Source: Octopus sinensis (taxonomy: Eukaryota). Taken from it: a stretch of DNA of 64,000 bases. Each line of letters starts with the position of its first letter. The first letter of the stretch is position 1. Where the stretch lies: assembly GCF_006345805.1 (NCBI RefSeq), contig NC_042997.1:114204001-114268000 (forward strand), in the 5' to 3' direction. Made by a program: the position numbers and the translations under genes. Of the stretch, positions 12,814 through 26,336 are shown piece by piece. Under the pieces are notes generated by a model, which saw only the letters and a list, made by a program, of their open reading frames with translations, ran no database searches and was not told where the DNA came from.

Positions 12814-14044
12814 TAAATCGCCTGAAAGTGTCTTTCACTTTCTGTCTACCTAATCTACTCACAAGGCTTTGGTCAGTTTGGAGCTATAGAAGATGTCAGT
12901 TGCCCGAAGTGTCATGCTGTGAGAATGAGCCCAAGAACATGCAGTTTGGAAGCAAATTGCTTAATCACACACCCACACCTGCACCTACTTTGGTTGACTC
13001 TACTCCCACCTATGGAAACTTGCAGTTAATATCTCAATGGTTGTGTTGGAGGTGGCTAAATTATCTCTCTTATTCTGTGACTCTGGTCGTGTGTCACTGT
13101 TGTAAATTGGTGAGGTGTTAGACTGCTGCAGAATCTGGTGAGTCATTTGTAACAGAATCTTTGGAAACCAAATCAGTCATTCAGGTATGATTGAGACTCA
13201 TATTGACTTTGATTTGACCAGGAAGTGAGAGAGGCCAACACTGAAGACAAAATCAATTCTAAGTAGATAATTTATTCTCAATATTGATCTCCGTGCTATA
13301 AGCAATGAAACACTGTACCAAACTTGTGTTCCAAATAATTGTGTCGACACATTATTTATGATGACTTATTAGCATTCGAGAAATAAATATCAATACGATC
13401 TGAATCTTTATGGAGTATTTAGGTCATGGTCATGGTCATCATCATCATCATCATTTAATGTCCTTGTAAATAGGCTCCATTACATCTCCAACACCATATG
13501 CTTCTCTCTCTTTCTCTCTTGGACTGTCTCTCTATCTTTCGCCTAACTCTCTTCCCTTCCTTACCCCCTCTCTTATTGGGGAAGCTAAGTATCTCCTCTA
13601 TCGTTAGACAACTACCTCTGTCCTTCTATTATACTCTCTCACTGCCACTCCCCTCAGTTCTAATCCTTCTCTCAGCTGAGAGGTCTTTGTTTTGCAAGTT
13701 ATTTGATGACCCCCACTGGTGTATTGCTTCTGTGGAGTAAAACACTCCATTTCATGTTGCTCCTGTCCACTTAGCTGTAAATCAGTCATCCAGCAGGGGC
13801 TGGCATCCTGTTCAAAGGGGCTTTTGCGATATCAGTCATTTATATACCACTGAAACCAAGTAATCGTCCCTATGAGTCCAAGGACTCAAGACAGTAAAGT
13901 CAAGGTGTTGATGATGATGATGATGAAACTGGGGGTGGGGCAGTTTGAGGCAGAGAAAGGGATGTGGTCAGATCTCAGGGTATTGATCCTCAGATGAAAG
14001 ACGGTGCAGGACTTAGATGAGTGGCTATTTAACATATTGTGGAC

Positions 14045-14368
14045 CTGTAGTTTTCAGTCAGGGTCCATATAAGATTTTTGGTGGGGTCCATGCTTACAAA
14101 ATACTAAATTGGGGATCCACAGTAGTATTTTAAGGGCCGCTGAAAAGTTTTGATATAAATGTGTGTATTGCAAAAAACTAGGTTTCTTTCTCTAACATTT
14201 TATGTAGTTCAGCTTATAAAACTGAATGAGTGAATAACAAAATAGGAATTTTGAAAGAAGTGTCTATAAAACTAGTTTTTAAACATGGAATAGCTAGGAG
14301 GGTCCACCAGAGTAAAATAGTAAACAAAAGGGTCCATAGGAAACAAAAGAAATGGTCTAGAACCACTG
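14045..14368. mobile_element. hAT/Charlie-type MITE
   Basis: Degenerate TIRs ctgtagttttcagtc / ggtctagaaccactg; flanking 8-mers TTGTGGAC / CTGTTGAT match 5 of 8. Confidence 0.6.
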
Positions 14369-14440
14369 CTGTTGATCTTTACAACCCATACTGAAATAGG
14401 GAAAAAGTGGACAATAAAATGCTGCTGATGCTGTTTATTT

Positions 14441-14808
14441 GTTTGTTTGTTGAGCGAAGCAGTCTTCGTCCCAGAGCTAGCAAGATCGTGGTTCGTGGTC
14501 CTTTGCTATTTGTAAGACCCACAGAAGAGAAAGCAGGTCAACCCCCGACACCAAGAGCATTGACGAATGGATGTGCATCCAGGCTCAGCGGTTGCATAGG
14601 AAGTCGGGGACAAGAAACAGGAAGAAAGAGTGACAGAAAGTTGGAGCGAAAGAGTACAACAGGGGTTGCCCCCTACCCCCGCAGGAGCCTCATGGAGCTT
14701 TAGGTGTTTTCGCTCAATAAATACACACAACGCCCAGTCTGGGAATCGAAACTGCGATCCTCCGGCCGCGAGTCCGCTACCCTAACAACTGGGCCATTGC
14801 GCCTCCAC
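14441..14808 (-). mobile_element. tRNA-Arg-like headed SINE family E
   Basis: Minus head ggaggcgcaatggcccagttgttagggtagcggactcgcggccggaggatcgcagtttcgattccc aligns without gaps to a eukaryotic tRNA-Arg layout (A and B boxes); (AAAC)n tail. Confidence 0.75.
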
Positions 14809-15536
14809 TGCTGATGCTGTTGTGTAGCCTTGTCTGTCTGTTTGTCTAGCTTCTTGCTTGTTATTTCAAATTGAAGAAACTGTTAATTATGTACCAGTTT
14901 CCAGTTTTCTTAAGTTCCATCCAGAAAATTTCCTCTGTGATTTCACATAAATATTTTTAGAACTGGATGCATAATTGTTACTTTTCCTCCCCAAAATAGT
15001 AATCAAAGACATTTCTTCTTCTGGTAAAGCTTTCAGTCTCAATGCCAAACTTATAAATAGTGTTCTATTAATGTAGTGGCAGACACAGCACATTAATATT
15101 TCAACTGAACACTTCTATTATATTTGGCTCCATCACTGCTTGTGTCAAGATTTCATACTTGTGTTAATAAGTGTGTTTGTACAAGGCCATTTGTGACAAC
15201 CATGTTGAATACTAGAACTGTCAATGGTTGGCAACTCTAAATATATCTCGTAGTCTGTGTACTCATATCTATATGTATGACCTATATTCCTGTGTACTCC
15301 ACTCCTTTAACACTTTGTTACCATTTTGCTCTTAAAATCCTCCACTTTCGTTTCAATTAACTTTGAAAATACTGAACATTTAGTATACTAAAATAACTTT
15401 TATTAATTGCTAAGCTGGTGTTTGGAACTTGAATTAACATGAAATTTTGTGGGAAAGTTCTTAGATCAAGCAGAACAAGAAGCTTATAACATAGACACAG
15501 GGATGGTCTTAAGTGGGTTGGTATTAAAAGGGTGAA

Positions 15537-15756
15537 AGGTGGCGAGCTGGCAGAAACGTTAGCACGCTGGGCGAAATGCTTAGTAGTATTTCGTCTGCCA
15601 CTACGTTCTGAGTTCAAATTCTGCCGAGGTTGACTTTGTCTTTCATCCTTTCGGGGTCGATTAAATAAGTACCAGTTATGCACTGGGGTCGATATAATCG
15701 ACTTAATCCATTTGTCTGTCCTTGTTTGTCCTCTCTGTGTTTAGCCCCTTGTGGGA
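15537..15756 (+). mobile_element. SINE family B, followed by family A on the minus strand at about 15770-16010
   Basis: Sequence match to other copies. Confidence 0.8.
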
Positions 15757-16789
15757 AGAATTTTTTGACAAATGAATTGACCCCAGTACTTTTTTTTAAA
15801 GTTTGGTACTTATTCTATCAGTCTCTTTTGCTGAATTGCTCAGTTATGGGGATCTAGACATACCAACAACAGTTGTCAAGTAGTAGTGGGGGACAGACAG
15901 ACACACACACACATGATGGGCTTCTTTCAGTTTTTGTTCACCAAACGTGCTCACAAGGGTTTAGTCGGCCCAAGCCTATAATAGAAGAAATATACTTGTA
16001 TTATTCTATGTGCAAAAAAAAAAAATGTGTGTGTATATTTGTATTTTTGTACTTATGTGTATGTATATATATCTATTTAGGTATGTGTTTGCATGTATTC
16101 ATCTTAAAATAAAACCTGACTCACGCTGATTATGAAGGATCATCACATGCATATGTTGATGATCCTTTGAGTTGTACATCCACAGCACATGCAGTCCAGA
16201 AAGCTCTTGTGTGTGTGTGTGTGTGTGTGTGTGTGCTCGCTCATCTAGTTAGATAGATAGAAAGGTAACAAGTTGAAAATAGAAAAAAAAACCTTTAGAT
16301 AAAAAAAATCTATATATAACAATAAGCAGAATGTTGATGGATCTATATTTTGTTTACATATAAACAAAAATTACTTCCCCTCCCCAAAAAGTTATTGGGT
16401 CTATCCTGACACTTGATAATTGAAATCATGTTTATGATTAGAGTGCACAAGAAGTAGATATAAATTTAGGCTATTAATTTTTGTTTTCATTTATTTATTT
16501 ACTTATTTTTGACATAAGGCATTCTTTGGCATATATTCTTTTGAACATCCTTGTTAAAAGTGCAACAGCATAAATCTATAAATTGAATAACCAGACTTCA
16601 TTGTAATTGAACATTTCAACCAAACACTGGTTGGAGGATTTTGGAATCAGGTTTTTGCTGTAAATTTCATGCCTGACAATAAGAATTCTTGTAATTTCTG
16701 CAGCTGTCAAGTTTATAGCCAGTGCATTAGTTTTGGTGAAATTATTTGTTGTATGTGTTGGTGTTGGTGTTGGTATCATGTAAAAAAAC

Positions 16790-17074
16790 CAAAACACTGG
16801 TGCTGATGTCACATAGAAAGAACTGCTAATGGTCCCATGTGAAAAAGCACTGGTGCTGGTGCCACGTAAGAAAGCACTGGTGCCATATAAACAAAACATT
16901 AGTGCTGGTATCACATGAAAAACATTCAGTAGGCTCTATAAAGTGGTTGGTGTTAGAAGGGACATCCAGCTGTAGAAACTATGCCAAAACAGACAAGGAA
17001 ACCTGGTGTGGCTTCCATCAAACCATCCAACCCATGCCAGCATGAAAAACAGATGTTAAATGATGATGATGATG
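16790..17074 (+). mobile_element. Family C 3' end with degenerate internal tandem units
   Basis: Repeated ggtgctgatgtcac..aaaagcac units, then gtggttggtgttagaagggacatccagc and a (GAT)n tail. Confidence 0.7.
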
Positions 17075-17435
17075 TTGGGCATGTAGGAGTAAGGCTGAAC
17101 TGTAGGGAGGAGATGAAACTTATATTCGAATGTGGTCATAATTTTGAAGGAAAGAGGAGGAGGAGGAGAGCTAGTTGATTTGAAAATAGTTCAATTAATT
17201 GAAATGTTAATTTTCAGTCAGCCAGATGATTAGCATTGTCAACCTTAGTTAATTAATTATGGGGAACACGGATAAATTAATTCTTTTTAAGTGTGGTAGG
17301 ACTGCTGGGTTGGTAGGAATGGAAAATGTTTTAGAAGTTGATGGATTTTGTTTGATGTGTGGAATGTTCTGATAAGGTGGAATAATTAGTATTTTATGAA
17401 TGGTGTAATGAGGACACAGTTTGTTGTTGGTATTT

Positions 17436-17630
17436 CCATGGATGGAATGGTAATATACTTTGACAAAGTATGTCACTTCCATCCATGGAATTTGGCAAAT
17501 TCCAAGGCTAGAATGGTGAGACACTTTGTTGAATTCCATGGCTGGAATGGTGAGACACTTTGTCAAACTCCATGGATGGAATGGTGATATACTTTGCCAA
17601 ACTCCATGGATGGAATGGTGACATACACTG
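17436..17630. repeat. 34-bp minisatellite with one inverted unit
   Basis: ccatggatggaatggtgagacactttgtcaaact units at 17502, 17536, 17570, 17604; a further unit at 17436; inverted unit at about 17468-17500. Confidence 0.85.
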
Positions 17631-19431
17631 TAAGAATGGGACATAGACAGTCACAGCCAAGTTTTGACTCCTGTTGCTGAACATTGATAGAGATTGCCAA
17701 AAGACATGGATGGAATGTTGATACTTGAATTTCTTGGATATTAAAATGTAGTACCGTCTGTCAGTGACAACCACAAAATGTCACAGCCATGCAAGAAAAA
17801 TATTCATTAGAGAATGTAACTGTGTCATTGCTTCAGTTGACTAACACTTCTCTAAATGAGCCAGTTAATTTTAATTAAAATTATACCTGTTGTGACAAGG
17901 GAAAAATACATACACCATTAACTTAATGATTAATCATGATCAAGAAAGATAGAGACAATAACTTTAAAATATAATTAAAATAAATTGAAAATAAATTATG
18001 GGCTTGCAGTGGGGAGTGGTATTTTTTTTTTGTCTTCCCTCTACGGATATAATTTTAATTTTGATTCCTGGATTCACCACATTATGTTAGCACTGACTTT
18101 ACTGTTTGGTTTTCATGCAGAAGGCATTCTAGAGTATTTTCCCATGCTATGTTAAATGTATAGAGTGGCTGTAGGGTCATTATTAGTCTCTTTGTTATTG
18201 GTCATTTTATTGTTGGTTAATTAGTTATTAGTCAATTAGCTGTTGAAGGCCTAGTGATCAGGCCCACTTCAGGAATTGAGTGCATAATCATAAGGCCAGG
18301 TGTTTGTACTCAACTGTAACTGAATACCAGCATTGCTGGTGTAGCTTGCTCTCCCTCCAGCTGTTACATCTTGGCTTTTTTGTTGGGTCAAAGGTGGAAG
18401 GACTGAGAAAATATCTATAGCTGCTTGCAATTACATTGGCTCCTAAAAGCAATTAGTAAAAGCATGATACATGCTACCAAGTCATACTTACTCACAAATG
18501 AAGACCATGTTTTTTTTTTTTTTTTTTTAATGCACAGCATATTCAAATTGATTGTTCTAATGTACCAAGATTGTTGGCTCTGATTTCAGACAAAACAACT
18601 ATGGTAGCTGTTTTGGCAAAATAAAAAGAATTACTGTTAAATGAGGGTCCCATTATTATTATCATCATTGTTTTTAACATCCACTTTTCCATGCTTTCAT
18701 GGGTCAGGCAGGTTATTGAAGTGGATTTTCTACAGTTGGATGCCCTTCCTGTCTCCAACCCTCACCTGTTTCCAAGCAAGATAATTCTCTATAGCCAAAC
18801 ATGGTTTTATAGAATTTTTTTTTTTTACATGCTACTTGCATGGGAGCCAGTCTGGCAGCGCTGGCAATGACTATGCTCAAGTGCTGCTGGACTGGCTCCT
18901 GTCTACGTAGCACGTAAAAATCACCTTTTGAGCATGGTCGTTACCAGAACCACCTGACTGGCCCTTGTGCTGGTGGCACGTAAAAGCACCCACTACACTC
19001 TTGGAGTGGTTGGCATTAGGAAGGGCATCCAGCTGTAGAAACTTTGCCAGATCAGATCGATCCTGGTGCAGCTACTTGCATGTTAATTTCACAAGCAGGC
19101 TGTTCTGTTGATCGGATCAATTGGGACCTTTGTTGTGACTGGTGTAGCGCCAGTGTAGCTAATGTAGTCATAAATACAGTATTTCAAAAAGGAAAAGAAA
19201 AATGAACAAAAACTAAAAGCAGTACTACTTAGTCAGACTAGAATGCCTTTAATCATAGGACATGTTTAATCAGGGCTGATATTGAGTTAAGCATCAATCT
19301 ATGATTTGGTTATTGGGTCTCTTTATCATGGATTTAACACAATGTTTATGATACTGTGGGATACGGTTTTAGTCAGCGGTCTAACATAGATTCAGCCCTG
19401 TAGTGATTTGGTTCATTAGTGTTTATTAATA

Positions 19432-19914
19432 TTAACCCTTTCGTTACTGTACTTCTGTTGAGATGTTCTGTGTTTCATTCAATTAATTTTGAATATAACA
19501 AAGTATTTGGTAAAATAACTTAGTTATCATTAAGCTAGTGTCAAGAACATAAATTGTGACTAAGGTTTGGTGGAAGATTTTAATTCAGAACTTTTGAAAA
19601 CAAGACATTTGTACTACAGAGCCAGAGCTGGCTTCAGCCAGGTTGATAATGAAAGGGTTAAGAATTGTTTCTCTATTATATATTTTGACCCTTTTGTTAC
19701 CATATTTCTGTTGAGGTCCACTGTGTTTCTTTCAATTAATTTCAAATATAACAAAGTATTTAGTAAAATAGCTTAGTTATCATTAAGCTAGTGTTAGGAA
19801 CATAAATTGCGACTAAAGTTTGGTGAAAGATTTTAATTCAGAACTTTTGAAAACAAGACATTTGTATTACAGACCCAGAGGTGGTTCCAGGCAGGTTGTT
19901 ATCGAAAGGGTTAA
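19432..19914 (+). mobile_element. Dimeric TTAA/piggyBac-type MITE (family H x2, 23-bp spacer)
   Basis: Monomers 19432-19661 and 19685-19914, each bounded by TTAA(or TTGA)-CCCTTT...AAAGGG-TTAA. Confidence 0.85.
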
Positions 19915-21180
19915 GCTTGATTAAGGCAACAAGCTGACAGAATTGTTAGCATGCTGGGCAAAATGCTTGTTTTTTTTTTTTTTTTTGCATTTTGGCTGTT
20001 TTTTCATTCTGAGTTCAAATGCCACCAAAGTCAACTTTGCCTTTCATCCTTTTGGGGTCAGTGAAATAATACGCCAGTTGGGCATTGAGATCAATGTATT
20101 CGACTTCTCACCTCCCCTGAAAATTGCTGGCCTTGTGCCAAAATTTGAAACTAATATTAGGCTTGATTACAACACTAGTGCCTTTTTTCTTCCAGTTTTC
20201 TGTATTTCAAAGGCAAACAGCCTATGTCTATAGAAGGCTAAATGGTCTCTTCAAATTTAGCTTAAATAAATGGAATTTGTCCTTGTCAGAGAAAAAGAAA
20301 GTGGGGTGGACCATTTTCCTTAGTTCCTTATAAAGATTATTACCTTTCATGTTTGATTATAATAAAAAGAAAAAGAAATTAACATTTTATTAATGCCAAA
20401 ATTTAGCGTTGCAGCCAACAGTAGTTTTCAAATATATTAATTCCATTTTTAATCTATTCTTTTTAAAAGTATTGAATTATTATATGCCAAATATCTGCTA
20501 ATTACTCCGTCTGGAATTAAATCACGTTTATATTAATGATAGCTTATCTTATTTGTAATCTTAACAACAAATTAATAGTAATAATAATAATAATAATAAT
20601 ATAAAAAAGGCTGAAATTTCTGTTACCATTTTTTGCTGTTGTTGTTGTTTCTACTCACATTTAAGAAAGAAATGAATTGGCATTTTATTTTGTGGCACCG
20701 TGCCACTTTGTGAAGCCTCTTATAATTAGACTTATAATGAAATGCATCTGTTCGTTTATTTTATTTATTTATTTTTTTTTAAGAACAAGTTACTTTCAAA
20801 AATATTTGCCTCATATTGATTGGAAATGGAGTTTTAAATTTGTGATTAATAGTTGATCAATATTTTATGAATTATTTCCAAAGAGTTCCCACCATTGAAA
20901 TAAGCCAGCAATTATAATTAGCCTCTTAGATTTATGGAGTTTAGATAATACAGAGCAGTGTGTGATTTTTCTTTATTTTTCTCTGGTTTTACGAGAAAAT
21001 TATAAGTTGGTATCACTTGTGAAATGGTATATATATCCCATAATCACTACTGCTGATTGTTCTACCACTACTTGCAACAACTCCCGCCATTTCATTCACG
21101 TATATAGTTCCCTGATGAGGGTATTTGTATCCCTTTCAAATGAGTGTGGAGGAAGATGACAAAGAAAAGCACTAATTACT

Positions 21181-21658
21181 TTAACCCTTTCGATACCAAC
21201 CTGCCTGAAACTATCTCTGGCTCTGTAGTACAAATGTCTTATTTTCATAAGTTCTGAATTAAAATCTTCCACCAAACCTTAGTCACAATTTATGTTCCTA
21301 ACACTAGCTGAATGATCCCTAAGTTATTTTACTAAGTTCTTTGTTATATTTAAAATTAATTGAAAGAAACACAGAGCATCTCAACAGAAATATGGTAACA
21401 AAAGGGTTAAAATATATAATAGAGAAACAATTTTTAATCCTTTTGATACCAACCTGGTTGAAACTGTATCTGGCTCTGTAATACAAATGTCGTGTTTTCA
21501 AAAGTTTTGAATTAAAATCTTCCACCAAACCTTAGTCGCAATTTATGTTCCTGACACTAGCTTAATGATAACTAAGTTATTTTACTAAATTCTTTGTTAT
21601 ATTTAAAGTAATTGAAAGAAACACAGAGCATCTCAAAATACAGTAATGAAAGGGTTAA
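21181..21658 (-). mobile_element. Second dimeric family H MITE, inverted relative to 19432-19914
   Basis: Monomers 21181-21410 and 21434-21658; spacer is the reverse complement of the first spacer (22 of 23 identical). Confidence 0.85.
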
Positions 21659-21844
21659 GGTCTAAGGGGGAAAAAAAATGTTATTTGATTTTGAGCATGA
21701 TTTATTGATGTCAGACAAACATCTGTTGTCTGTACTGATCAGGATACATAAAATATGGTCTAATTAAAGACTTAACTGATGACATAAAAGTTAATGAGTA
21801 GCTACACGTAACCAGTGCAAGATTGTTCTTTCTAAATGTTTATC

Positions 21845-22198
21845 TTTTACTTGTTTCAGTCATTAGACTGTGGCCATGCTGGAGCACCACCTTGAAGAAT
21901 TTTAGTCAAAATCAACCCCAGTGCTTGTTTCTTACTTTCTTTTTTTTAAAGCCTGATATTCATTCTGACAGTCTCTTTTGCTAAACTGCTAAGTTAAGGT
22001 GACTCAAAGTCACCAACGCCATTTGTCAAGTAGTGGTGGTATGATGGGCTTCTTTCAGGTTCTGTCTACTAAATCCATTTACAAGGCCTGAGGCTACTAT
22101 AGAAGGTACCTTTCACTTGCTCAGGGTGCCATGTAGTGGGACTGAACTTGGAAAGATGTGATTGGGAAGCAAACTTTTTATCACACAGCCATACCTGC
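21845..22198 (-). mobile_element. SINE family A
   Basis: Reverse complement of A tail, middle and head. Confidence 0.75.
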
Positions 22199-22814
22199 AC
22201 ATAAATGTTTAGCATTTCTTTTGATTTCACTGGAAGTGAATATTTTATATTGATTCATTATTTTGGTACAAAGTATACATTTGTGGCAGAGAGGAATATG
22301 ATTTTGTGATGTTCATACATTTTCTCAAAAAAAAAAACAAAAAAAAAAAAAAAAAACCACCCTACTTTTTGCTCCCCTGCAACATGGATATTTTAAAACT
22401 ACAAAAACAGCAAAACCACCGCCATGAAACAGATAGATGAGTAAAGGAAAGTTTCAATTACTCAGTAGGATTAAACCTGTTTTTCCTGTTCCAAATTCAG
22501 ACATTATCCATTGAACTGTATTGATATTTCTCATTGATGAAACTTTCATCTCACCTTGTATTATTAGCTCCACAAACTATTGATGATTTCCATCAACAAT
22601 GAGAACAGATTTCCCTTCCTGAATTGTTGACATAACTAACCAGCGTGGTGTTTCTGTGTTCAAATCTAACCAATATTGATTTTCGTCTTCTATCAGACAT
22701 GGCTGTGTGGATTAGAAGTTTTCTTTGTAAACCAAATGGTTTAGGGTTCATTTCCAAAGCATGACTCTGCGGGCAGATACCTTTTGCTATGGCTTTGGGC
22801 ACATCTGGAAAATT

Positions 22815-23120
22815 TGCTGTAAATCACCTCTAGCCAAACAATTATTCTATGCTGATGAAGGGAAATAACCTGGAAATCACGATACACAGATATTGTTTTG
22901 AGCTGAGTGGGAGTGCTAGATTCCCTTGTTTGAAAATATTAGGACACAGATTGTGTTGTATAGCCAGCTGGAGACGATGTCTCCTGGGGCTAAAGTACAG
23001 CAACATTCATCCTAAACCAGGACTGCCATGTTATGTTGGCAAACAATCTTTACTACAAAGTACTGTTGCTGAATATTTCTTGTTGTGAGATTTAAAAATA
23101 GTAATTTTCTAAGTAAATAT
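22815..23120 (-). mobile_element. Partial inverted copy of the 5653-6304 MITE
   Basis: Reverse complement of 5885-6060 joined to the right-arm sequence tacagcaacattcatcctaaaccaggactgcc. Confidence 0.75.
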
Positions 23121-23255
23121 TTTTGTTGTTGGAAAATTTGCCATAGGGGGCATACAAGCAGACTGTAAACTTGGTAACTCATTTTAAAGAAATTACTTTT
23201 CTCTAATTGGTAGGTTAGTTGATGAAGTTGTCTAATCTTTAGCACCCTGTCGATG

Positions 23256-23474
23256 CATAATGTCACCATATGAGATTCCTCCCTTGTAGTAACAGGGCAG
23301 TGGCAGGGGAAACAATTTGAGTTGAAGAAAAAGAAGAATAAAAGAACTATTTCCTGTAATCAACAGACACACTTGACCAATCCCAGGCAAAATCAAAATC
23401 ATCAATGTCCCCATTGTGACTCCATAGCAAAATCCATTCCTGGACTCAAATAACATTCACACATCCAGCTTCGT

Positions 23475-23510
<36 letters not shown>
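23256..23510 (+). pseudogene. Possible fossil RTE-clade LINE C-terminus with decayed C2H2 finger, followed by (CT)n
   Basis: One frame reads HNVTI*DSS...QCPHCDSIAKSIPGLK*HSHIQ (C-x2-C-x12-H from 23406); two in-frame stops; similarity judged by eye. Confidence 0.35.
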
Positions 23511-24029
23511 CTGAATGAAACATAAAAGTATGCCTAAAAGGGGAATAAAAATGTCAGAATTTAATTTTTACCTAATTTTCTTTAAAGCAACACACCTTCA
23601 TCTGTCCCCTCTATACTTTAACTCTTCTGGCTGGCACAAAGCCTCACTACCTCAGTACTTACTCCCCACTCTCAGTCGAGGGGTTCTTGCCTTGCAAGGT
23701 ATCGGTGCTGATGTCACGTAAAAAGCACCCAGCACACTCTGTAACGGGGTTTGTGACAGGGAATCCAGCTGTAGAAACTATGCTAGGACAGTTTGACAGA
23801 TTGGAGGACTGCATCTGCATTGTGTTCCAATGTTTACTTTGGCACGTTCTTCATGGTTGGATACCTTTTCAAATACCAACCCCTTTACTGAGTGTACAGA
23901 GAGCTTTTTTTGTGTGGCACCAACAGTATTGAGGTCACTATTTGGCTCACAAGACTAAGAACCCCTATCCCTGAGTGGGGCTAGTGTAGAGAACAAGGTA
24001 GCTTTATGTTAGGTAACAAAAGGTTAGAG

Positions 24030-24282
24030 CAGTTAATTCTGAACTGGGGACCATGTGGCTGTGGCCTTTGGTGAGGGTGGGGTCCACACAAATTGTTGTT
24101 AGAATTTATGTGCAACAGCGGGTTATATATTTCTACAATACACAAAATATTTAAACAATTTGTATACAATACTTAATAATGTTTATAGATTTTAGACATT
24201 GGAAGGCTATGAGGGTTCCCTCTCTCTGAATAAAATAGGAACTAAAGAAACTCGTGGGCAAAAAATAGTTGAGAACCACATG
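24030..24282. mobile_element. Degenerate hAT-type MITE
   Basis: cagttaattctgaactggggaccat ... tagttgagaaccac resembles CAGTGGTTCTCAACC-type TIRs. Confidence 0.45.
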
Positions 24283-25353
24283 GTGTGTCTTGCTTTTTCA
24301 CAAAATGGGTGTATGTGTGTGCAAGTAATCGGTGCAGAGAAGGAAAAAGGAATGAAAATGGTGGTGATGAGGTGTCAGGGTGGGTTCTGTGGGCAGAATA
24401 ACAGGAAGGGTGGTTAAGTAGAGTTTGCAAGCGAGGGATGGTTAGAGATGGGGTAGGGGTGCAAATATATGGAATGATGAACAAGGGTTGAGGTAGGAGG
24501 TTGGTTGGATAAATAGGAGTTGGATGAAATGTAGCAAGGAAGTAGATGAGAGATTAAAGAAAAAAAAAAAGAAAAAAATCATTCCATGAATGAAAACGAT
24601 AAAAGTAGGATGTTCTGTTGGTTGTCTTAAAACCTTGGTATTACATCCTCCCCCTCTGCCAAAGAATTACTAATCTCTAGATTAGTAGATTCCTTCAATG
24701 AAATTATTAAGTAGGTGTAATTGATTGTTCAGTGCCACTTTAACTTAACCTTGAATATTGAAGGTCACACAAGTGAATGTGTGTGTGTTGGGTGGGGAGG
24801 GCATTTCATTTCATCTGATCCCGTTGGCAGTGTGTGGAATTGGTGTATAGGATGTGCGAGGAACTGTTCCATTTCTTCTCCCTAGATCTAAACTAGTATT
24901 GGCAGAGAAAAATACACCACTACCTGCATTGCATTTCTCTATCAATTTCATCATATTATTAATTCAATTAAATTAATTAGAGATCTTTCCAGTTCTGTAT
25001 TATATTGAACTAAAAGGAGGGAACAAGATGGGGTGATTGCTTTGGTATCTTTTTTTTTTCCCTTAACTTTTGTATTTATAACAACTACTGCTATTTAATC
25101 AATAATGTGCATGCATTCCCCCATTCTCTCTCTTTTTAATGTTCTCTCTCTTTCTCTCTCCCCCCTCTCTCTTTCTCTCTTCCCATCTCTCTCTTCCCCC
25201 CTCACTTTCTCCCTCTCTCATGTTTTGCTAATTTCGTATTTCACTGCTCACTAAATCCTATCTATATGTTGCATGTGTAATACTTACACACACACACACA
25301 CACACATCTATGATCTTGTAAGTGTGAATATTTCTGATGCAGAGCAATATATA

Positions 25354-25429
<76 letters not shown>

Positions 25430-25674
25430 ATGAAAACATAAATGATAAATGAAGGGGCCATAAGATTTCTTTATTCATTTACTTATTTATTCATTATATA
25501 TTTTAGCCATGTATATAATAGCCATAGAATTCTACAACTTATACTTTGGCAAATCAAAGTTCCTTTTAGGAAAGTTCAGATTTCTCTAATTTCTTTGACT
25601 ATGCCATTGCCTTATTTTGAGATCTGAGAAGTCATTTGACTCACAAGGTTGCTCAAGATGCCAATCTAATCTCC

Positions 25675-25731
<57 letters not shown>

Positions 25732-26336
25732 CATACCCACACACAGTATAATATTTGTGTAAAATACGACTGAAAAAAAAAAAGACTGTCCTTCTCACCT
25801 TTTTTTCTTCTTCTTTATACTGCTTATGATAAGAATTATTCATTTCTGTTTCATCTGTTTTCTTAATTTGTACTTTCTGAAATGCAATATTGATCTTATA
25901 TTATTGATCACGTGAACCAAAGTGGATTGGAACTGATGGCCATATTAATCTTGCTAGAGTGTATGCCTTTTGCTATGAGATTTTTTAAAAATATTTCTTT
26001 TCACTACATTCCCCACCCTCTCCTTTTACATACCCCCAAAACTCTTCACCTACCCCGAAACCTTTCCTTTTCCTCTCTATACATTTGTGTGGAAGCTATT
26101 TAGAAATGAACAAATTTTGAGAATCATGTTCTTCTATGAAGAAAAGGACTGGATTTCCTTTCTTCTGTTTTTTTCTGTTTTTCCTTTTTTTGTTGCCGAA
26201 ATTGTTTTGAACAGCTACACTGTAGCAGGTGTGTTGGCCATTTAAACACCTACACACTTGTTACCTTGTTCAATTAAACACACACATGCACTCACACAGG
26301 CATTTTTTTTTTTTTTTTTGATAATTGTTTTTAGGC

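Noticed and set aside
12487-15683. ORFs of 98-109 aa at 12487-12816, 14407-14703 and 15357-15683
   Set aside because: They are read-throughs of SINE B/E consensus sequence; similar peptides recur wherever the SINE does.
21112-21150. CTGATGA followed by a GGG..CCC stem, a possible hammerhead
   Set aside because: No GAAA follows helix II and there is no helix I partner.
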